Assembly: GCA_965112735.1 (NCBI GenBank)
Contig: OZ218953.1
Span: 2,356,001-2,420,000 of the forward strand
Length of the DNA: 64,000 nt
DNA from: Phaeosaccion multiseriatum
Taxonomy: Eukaryota > Protista > Ochrophyta, other classes
Reading direction: 5' to 3'
Both the position numbers and the translations under genes were made by a program. Of the stretch, positions 56,901 through 64,000 are shown piece by piece (the stretch's first letter is position 1; every line of letters starts with the position of its first letter). Below the pieces are notes generated by a model. It had not been told where the DNA came from. It did not search any database and worked only from the letters and a program-made list of their open reading frames with translations.

Positions 56901-59900
56901 TCGACTTTCTGGCAAAGTCCTCCCTCCGTCTGTTTAGTCGAGCGGCGGCCGCTGTGACCGCTTCCGCCAGCCGCTCCTGACCGAGCGTCTTCTCCTTGTC
57001 GGTCATCCCGTGGGTCTTCGTCCCCACAACGACGACATGACAGTCCGTCACTCGATTGTCGAGCATGCTCAGCCACAGCGATATCTCCTGCTCGTGGCCG
57101 AAGTCAGCGTCGTACGCCCCGCAGTCCTGTCCTCCTGCAGCCCGCGCCTCGTCATGCCTCACCAGGAAGGCAGGCAGGTCCACGACGAGCACAAACAGCG
57201 AATGGGCCGTGAGGAAGGTCTGGTGGTGGCTGAAGTACGCTTCCTGCCCGGCAAAGTCCCACATTACAAAGGCGAGGTCCTGTGCTGTCGCCGCAATCGA
57301 CGCTCGTGCCTCTTCCTCAGCCAGCCGCTCTTCCAGGTACTTCCCCACTCCGCCGTTAGGGCAGTGCCTCTCGAAGCAGTCAGCGACCCGCACTGTCTTT
57401 CTCCGCTCCACTCCGATGGTCCGTTCCTCGCTCTCGGGCAGCGTCTCTCCCTCGCCGGTGAGTGCCCTCGTCAGACTCGTCTTCCCCGCCGTGCCCGCAC
57501 CGACGAGCACCACCTTGACCTTGCTGGACTTAACGGAGCCTGAGGCCTTGATGTCTCTCCACCACGCCACGATTGCGTCCCCACCTTGCGCGACGACGTC
57601 TCCAGGGGGGCGAGACCATGGGTTGTCCCCAACAGCGTGCCTCCATGAATCCAAACGACCCATCTTTTCTGCCGCCAAGGCGGGATACTCTGCCAAGGAA
57701 AGAGGGAGCACAACCATTTCCACGGACAGCCTTAGGGAAGGACAGAGGCAGAATCACCTTCAACGGAGTCGAAAAGAGTGGCCTTCGACGTCCACCACTC
57801 TCGCGAGCCGCTCGTCCCTCTACTTATGCACTATAGGAGAGGAGAGCGAAAAGTCGGACTACACTCACCACTGAGCTGGTTTCTCGACAGGTCCAGCTCT
57901 TGCAAGCTCTCGAGCTCTCCCAGCTCCGGCGGGATGGGGCCTGCAGAGGGTACAGAAGCAAGAAGGTTCCTCAGTTCACACATGCCAGCATCTTCAAGCG
58001 CAGGGACATATGTGAGACTCCTCCCCACTCACCGCTGAGCTGGTTTCTCGACAGGTCCAGCCGTTGCAAGCTCTTGAGCTCTCCCAGCTCCGGCGGGATG
58101 GGGCCTGCAGAGGGTACAGAAGCAAGGTTCTTCAGTTCACACATGCCAGCATCTTCAAGCGCAGGGACATGTGTGAGACTCCTCCCGACTCACCGCTGAG
58201 CTGGTTTCTCGACAGGTCCAGCCGTTGCAAGCTCTTGAGCTCTCCCAGCTCCGGCGGGATGGGGCCTGCAGAGGGTACAGAAGCAAGGTTCTTCAGTTCA
58301 CACATGCCAGCATCTTCAAGCGCAGGGACATGTGTGAGACTCCTCCCCACTCACCGCTGAGCTGGTTGCCCGACAGGTCCAGCCGTTGCAAGCTCTTGAG
58401 GTCTCCCAGCTCCGGCGGGATGGGGCCTGCAGAGGGTACAGAAGCAAGAAGATTCTTCAGTCTACACATGCCAGCATCTTCAAGCGCAGGGACGTATGTG
58501 AGACTCCTCCCCACTCACCGCTGAGCTGGTTGCTCGACAGGTCCAGCCGTTGCAAGCTCTTGAGGTCTCCCAGCTCCGGCGGGATGGGGCCTGCAGAGGG
58601 TACAGAAGCAAGGTTCTTCAGTTCACACATGCCAGCATCTTCAAGCGCAGGGACGTATGTGAGACTCCTCCCCACTCACCACTAAGCTGGTTGCTCGACA
58701 GGTCCAGCCGTTGCAAGCTCTTGAGCTCTCCCAGCTCCGGCGGGATGGGGCCTGCAGAGAGTACAGAAGCAAGGTTCTTCAGTTCACACATGCCAGCATC
58801 TTTAAGCGAAGGGACGTGAGTGAGACTCCTCCCCACTCACCACTGAGGTCGATGCCGATCAGGCGCAGCTGTTGCAAGCTCTTGAGGCCTCCCAGCTCCG
58901 GCGGGATGGGGCCTGCAGAGGGTACAGAAGCAAGAAGATTCTTCAGTTCACACATGCCAGCATCTTCAAGCGCAGGGGACATATGTGAGACTCCTCCCGA
59001 CTCACCGCTCAGCTGGGTTCGCGACAGGCCCAGCCGTAACAAGCTCTCGAGGCCTCCCAGCTCCGGCGGGATGGGGCCTGCAGAGGGTACAGAAGCAAGG
59101 TTCTTCCGTTCACGCATGCCAGCATCTTCAAGCGCAGGGACGTATGTGAGACTCCTCCCCACTCACCGCTGAGCGGGTTTTCCGACAGGTCCAGATGTTG
59201 CAAGCTCTTGAGCTCTCCCAGCTCCGGCGGGATGGGGCCTGCAGAGGGTACAGAAGCAAGGTTCTTCAGTTCACACATGCCAGCATCTTCAAGCGCAGGG
59301 ACGTATGTGAGACTCCTCCCCACTCACCGCTGAACTGGTTGCTCGACAGGTCCAGACTTCGCAAGCTCTTGAGGTCTCCCAGCTCCGGCGGGATGGGGCC
59401 TGGAGAGGGTACAGAAGCAAGGTTCTTCAGTTCACACGTGCCAGCATCTTCAAGCGCAGGGACGTATGTGAGACTCCTCCCCACTCACCGCTGAGCTGGT
59501 TTCTCGACAGGTTCAGCTGTTGCAAGCTCTTGAGCTCTCCCAGCTCCGACGGGATGGGGCCTGCAGAGGGTACAGAAGCAAGGTTCTTCAGTTCACACAT
59601 GCCAGCATCTTCAAGCGCAGGGACGTATGTGAGACTCCTCCCCACTCACCGCTGAGCGGGTTTTCCGACAGGTCCAGATGTTGCAAGCTCTTGAGCTCTC
59701 CCAGCTCCGGCGGGATGGGGCCTGCAGAGGGTACAGAAGCAAGGTTCTTCAGTTCACACATGCCAGCATCTTCAAGCGCAGGGACGTATGTGAGACTCCT
59801 CCCCACTCACCGCTGAACTGGTTGCTCGACAGGTCCAGACTTTGCAAGCTCTTGAGCTCTCCCAGCTCCGACGGGATGGGGCCTGCAGAGGGTACAGAAG

Positions 59901-61415
59901 CAAGGTTCTTCAGTTCACACATGCCAGCATCTTCAAGCGCAGGGACATCTGTGAGACTCCCCACTCACCGCTGAGCTTGTTGTCCGACAGGTCCAGACAT
60001 AGCAAGCTCTTGAGGCCTCCCAGTTCCGGCGGGATGGGGCCTGCAGAGGGTACAGAAGCAAGGCTCTTCAGTTCACACATGCCAGCATCCTCAAGCGCAG
60101 GGACATGTGTGAGACTCCTCCCCACTCACCGCTCAGCTGGTTTTTCAACAGGTGCAGCTCTTGCGAGCTCTTGACGTCCCCCGGCTCCACCGTGAATGGG
60201 ACTGCAGAGGGTACAGAAGCAAGGTTCTTCAGTTCACACATGCCAGCATCTTTAAGCGCAGGGACATACGTGAGACTCCTCCCCACTCACCGTTTATCGG
60301 GTTATTCGACAGGTCCAGACGTTTCAAGCTCTTGAGGTCTCCCAGCTCCGGCGGGATGGGGCCTGCAGAGGGTACAGAAGCAAGGTTCTTCAGTTCACAC
60401 ATGCCAGCATCTTCAAGCGCAGGGACATATGTGAGACTCCTCCCCACTCACCGCTGAGTTGGTTATACGACAGCAACAGACTTTGCAAGCTCTTGAGGTC
60501 TCCCAGCTCCGGCGGGATGGGGCCTGCAGGTACAGAAGCAAGGTTCTTCAGTTCACACATGCCAGCATCTTCAAGCGCAGGGACATATGTGAGACTCCTC
60601 TCCACTCACGTCTGAGCGGGCGAACCGCTGGTCTCAGCTTTTGCAAGCTCTTGCGGTCTCCCAGCTGCAGCGGAAGGGGGCCTGCTCTTGCAGAGGGAAA
60701 TAGATGGGAGGCGGGGTCAGGTAAACCGAAATTACGGTTTTAAAATTAGTAAGGCCGCATCAGTGGCTTCCTGCTGCGCTCAGCCTAAAGTGTGGGGGCA
60801 GGTCGCTCCTTCTTCCCCTTCCTCCCTCACCTCTCATGAACATTGCTGCTGCAAGCTCGAGCCTCGTAATTGTCTCGCTCTCCACAGTCACACCGTGCCA
60901 GTCGCTCACGGGTATGTCGCTATTCCATCCTTTCTTATGCCAGCCTACTGCACCCCTGCGCCAGCCTTTTCCAGCCGTGGCACCGTTCGTGGCGAGAAAG
61001 AAAGCCACGAGTGCTTTTCGCTCGCCCTTCCGCACGCCCGACGTTTTCTGGCTCCTGTCAGCCGACGTAAGCACTAGATTCTCTCGGAAGCCAGGCATTC
61101 TTACTGGCAGCTAGGCCTCGCTGCTCCCGTCAATCTTGCGTCTCGGGCTTGGGATCCTCGGAGGGCGTTTTCCTTGATCAATGAGTCGATAGCTTTGCTG
61201 GTTCGACAGCCCTTGTGGCTGCTGCTCCACTGGCTATTCTTCTCTCTGGATTTCACGCTTGGCTTGCTGCGGCTGGGTTGTGGTGCTTTTCGGAGTCGCA
61301 CCCGGAGGGTGCTGGGCTGGCTGGCTGCCTGTCCAGGAGCCAGTGCCGCTGTGCCGCGCAATTGGCCTTGTCGCTTGGCTGCTGGAAAGACGATCTTTTT
61401 CTTAGCAACCCTAAC
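53941..61415 (-). CDS. LRR-ROC-COR (ROCO family) GTPase: N-cap exon, 18 single-LRR exons, and one large terminal exon (57689-53941); start codon not resolved
   Basis: N-cap ERKALVAFFLATNG...W...WNSDIPVSDWHGVTV (about 61056-60831); LRRs GPIPPELGxLKSLxxLxLSxNxLS; then NPWSRPP..V..G, P-loop VVLVGAGTAGKTSL, TIG, WDFAGQEAY, VGTK, a COR-like region (VPPGLMPRI, WRYG) and LFFLCAHDLSVVPTGPDGKGY. Confidence 0.93.
57869..60681 (-). repeat. Tandem exon-intron cassette array (18 units, about 161-bp period)
   Basis: 72-nt exons at 57869-57940, 58033-58104, 58194-58265, 58355-58426, 58519-58590, 58680-58751, 58841-58912, 59006-59077, 59167-59238, 59328-59399, 59489-59560, 59650-59721, 59811-59882, 59969-60040, 60130-60201, 60291-60362, 60452-60523 and 60610-60681. 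Each is bounded by CAG| and |GTGAG on the minus strand. Confidence 0.95.
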
Positions 61416-61671
61416 CTGTAAGTAGACAAGCGGCGCAGGTGACAAGCGGCACAGGCATTAGAAATAATCCTCTGAACGCTTGAAACTTGAAACGGTTTAA
61501 GGAGGTGTCCGACGGCAACGACACTCACACACACCAGTTCACAGGTGGGTGGAAGGAAAAAAACATACCTTCCTTTGTGCTTTGCTTCCTTTAGTATGCC
61601 ACCTTGCTTCGGGGAAGGGTTGAGCTTTTCATGAATCAATCAACTATCCTTCCGCCATAACCTCTCGGAGT

Positions 61672-63592
61672 ATGAGTGTGGAGAGAGATTGCGAAGAGAG
61701 GGTGAGGAGAGAGGGCGACGGATCGCACGGATCGCCTGAGAGAAGATTGGGTGTTCAGGAGGAGTCGCCACCGCCCTCTCTCTTCCTGCTCAAGAGGAAG
61801 ATGAGCGGAGGCTCGACGCGCTTTCGGCAACGAGCTACTGCCACTTCCACCACCACCTGTACCTTGAGGACGGGACGGGACGGGACAGGCGGCACGGGAA
61901 GCAGCACCACAGCCTTTCTCTCGAAAGGGGGGAGGAGGGGGGAGGAGATGCAGAGAACGCGGCAGCAATGCACACGTCAGGGTGGAGAGGATAAGACGAG
62001 AGCAGGAGCAGGGAAGGCAGAAGGAGAAGAAGGTCAGCTGTCGCGCCACCTTCATCATACTCTGGGCTTTGGCGCACGCCATCCCCCTTCTTGTGCTGCT
62101 GGGGCTGCTGCTGCTGGTGAACCACGCAGCTCAATCTCGTGCTCGGGTCCTGCGACTGACGAGGATGGTTCGGCTATGATAGAAGTAGTGGAGTGGGTGT
62201 GCACCGAGTGCAACAGGAAGTGCATCCCGGTGAGTGTGTGCTGCTAGGGAGAGGGTCGGAGCCTGAGGAGGAGGAGGAGGTGGCGAGGGCTGTGGAGGGA
62301 GAGGGGGAGTGAAGCACTATTGATCCGTTTGTGTCGCTACCGACTAAGTCAGTGAGTGTTGGAGAGTGTGCGTCTCTTGCCCGCCCATCCCCTCACCGCA
62401 TTGATCTCGTGCCTGCTGGCCCCTGCAATGGTGGATGCCCGAACAGATTCGCTCCGAGTCGCGCTGCATCTGCGGCCACCGCCTCAAGGACCACCTTCCC
62501 AAGCCAAAGTCTCTTCGCGCTGGCCATCATCAGCAGCAGCAGCAGCACCAGCAGCAGAAGGGGCGTCGGACAAAGCCCTGGGCCTGCACCTCTGCGGGGT
62601 GTGCATGTCGCAAATTCAAGTACGTACCACTACTTACTGTGGCTCATCGTTTCGGTTCACTTTCAATGACTCTCTTGCCTGCTTCGTGGCCGATGGTGGC
62701 AGACGGCTAACGCGCAAGTTGCGGTCGCTATGGTGGCGCTGTACCCGGAAGGAAGCAGTGAGAAGGCCGACCCTCCCCTCTCTCTGTCTTTCTCTCTCTC
62801 TTTCTTCCTAGCCATCTCTCCCCCGCTCACACACGTCTCTCTCTGCTCTCTCTCTCTCACACATACATGTCTTTCTCTCTTTTTCTTCCTCGCCATCTCT
62901 CTCACACGCGTGTCTCTCTCCCTCTCTCTCTCTTTCACACAAACACATCTCCCTCTCGCTCTCTCCCTCCCTCCCTCTCTCCCCCCTCTCTCGTTCCTTC
63001 TCACTCTCCCCCTCGCACACAAACAGGTATATAGTGGCGGAAGGAGCGTGGATCCTTCGCTGCCGGTGTAAGCACAAACACACCGATCACGACCCCAACC
63101 CGCCCCACTTGTGCCGCAAGCCGCAATGCACCACCTGCGAGGGCTTCGACTCGCCATGGGTCTGCAACTGCAACCACCCTTGGGCCTCGCACGTGCAGGT
63201 GAGTAGCGTGGCGGGGATGGCAGTGAATGGCAGGGGCGTGCCGTGGAAATCGAACCGAGAGTGGAGCGAGAGAGAGAGAGCCTGGAGAAGGGCGGAGAGA
63301 GAGAGCATCCCTGCATGCTTTTTCTTCTACGACGTGCTTAACTTGCTTGCTTGCCTTCTGACTGCTCCTCTTGTATCACTGCACTCGCCCACCCGCGTGA
63401 TACTTACTTCCATCCACTTCCATCCTCATCCTCGTCTGTCTATGCTATGCCTGCTCACCTCTCGAGCAGAAATTTGTGAAGAAGCCGCGCAGCTCCTCCT
63501 TCTTTTCAGAGGCGGACCTGTCTGACTTGGGCGGGGTGGTGGCCAGAACAGACCTGCAGGAGGCCCCTCTGGGGCTGCGCGGCAACACATGA
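61672..63592 (+). CDS. FAM221-like Cys/His-rich protein, about 4 exons
   Basis: EWVCTECNRKCIP|IRSESRCICGHRLKDH...CACRKFK|YIVAEGAWILRCRCKHKHTDH...CEGFDSPWVCNCNHPWASH; stop at 63590-63592. Confidence 0.75.
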
Positions 63593-63785
63593 TGGGCGAG
63601 CGAGTCTTTCGAGTGCATCAAAGTCCATCCCATCCGGCACTTATCATAAAAAGGCCGAAAAAGGCCGAAAAAGGCCGAGTGTAATTATATCATTTTCATG
63701 ATTGATGGATTAATTGTATAAAGTACCCACATGTAAGTTGACACGAGGCCGACCACCCCTCACCCACCCCCCCCTTTTACTACTT

Positions 63786-63987
63786 TTACCCCTTGGGGAT
63801 GACCCTCCACACAAAGATGCACTTATCGTTGCCGCCAGTTGTGACAATGCGCTGTCCATCCCGCGTGAAGCGCACATTCGTCACATGACTGGAGTGCGCC
63901 GTGCCCTGCTCGCACTCGGCCCTCTTGCTGATGCAGGGGTAATGGAACACGTTGAGCCGCCCCAGATCGTCCACTGTGGCCACGTAT
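63786..63987 (-). CDS. Last exon of an EML (echinoderm microtubule-associated protein-like) WD40 protein
   Basis: ATVDDLGRLNVFHYPC...AHSSHVTNVRF...TTGGNDKCIFVW is the characteristic EML C-terminal blade. Acceptor CTGCAG at 63988-63993. Confidence 0.85.
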
Positions 63988-64000
63988 CTGCAGGGCGGGG

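Noticed and set aside
57831-60605. Series of ~72-aa ORFs beginning MGRSLTYVPALEDAG as separate small genes
   Set aside because: They are intron read-through translations of each cassette. GT-AG sites delimit the true 72-nt exons.
57941-60609. RAG-type recombination signals or a diversity-generating retroelement acting on the LRRs
   Set aside because: No CACAGTG heptamer/nonamer pair is visible in the introns, no reverse transcriptase or recombinase lies in the window, and the substitutions are not adenine-specific.
57869-60681. CRISPR-like repeat/spacer appearance of the ~161-bp array
   Set aside because: The constant part is an intron plus LRR scaffold codons, and the variable parts are homologous in-frame codons rather than unrelated spacers. 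The context is eukaryotic and no cas genes are present.

Overview
This is GC-rich, intron-dense eukaryotic DNA. It is most likely from a photosynthetic stramenopile (inferred from a bipartite plastid-targeting-like presequence and an Ectocarpus-type LRR-ROCO gene). Introns are full of (TCTG)n, (GT)n and (GGA)n microsatellites, which generate most of the spurious ORFs in the track. Genes supported by the sequence, in order: the 3' end of an unknown gene; an ALDH10/BADH-type aldehyde dehydrogenase (+); a CTFxP-repeat protein (-); an Mpv17/PMP22 protein (+); a NUDT6-like Nudix hydrolase (+); a DUF2389/TIGR02450 protein bracketed by two CxxCxGxG motifs (-); DNA polymerase zeta REV3 with an inserted Tudor-like domain (+); a large PPR protein (-); an LRR-ROC-COR (ROCO) GTPase (-); a FAM221-like protein (+); and the last exon of an EML-like WD40 protein (-). 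The standout feature is the ROCO LRR region. It is a tandem array of 18 cassettes of about 161 bp, each one 72-nt phase-1 exon plus a nearly identical intron of about 89 nt, with amino-acid changes concentrated at the exposed LxxLxLxxN positions, as expected for a diversifying receptor. Also present: a MITE with 23-bp TIRs and a 6-bp TSD, a TIR-like element carrying a protein-repeat fragment, a fold-back palindrome of about 1 kb built from a gene 5' end, a tandem array of splice donors, and a dispersed TTGGTGATAC motif lodged in CAG tracts. All exon boundaries were read by eye and are approximate; domain names come from motif recognition, not database searches.
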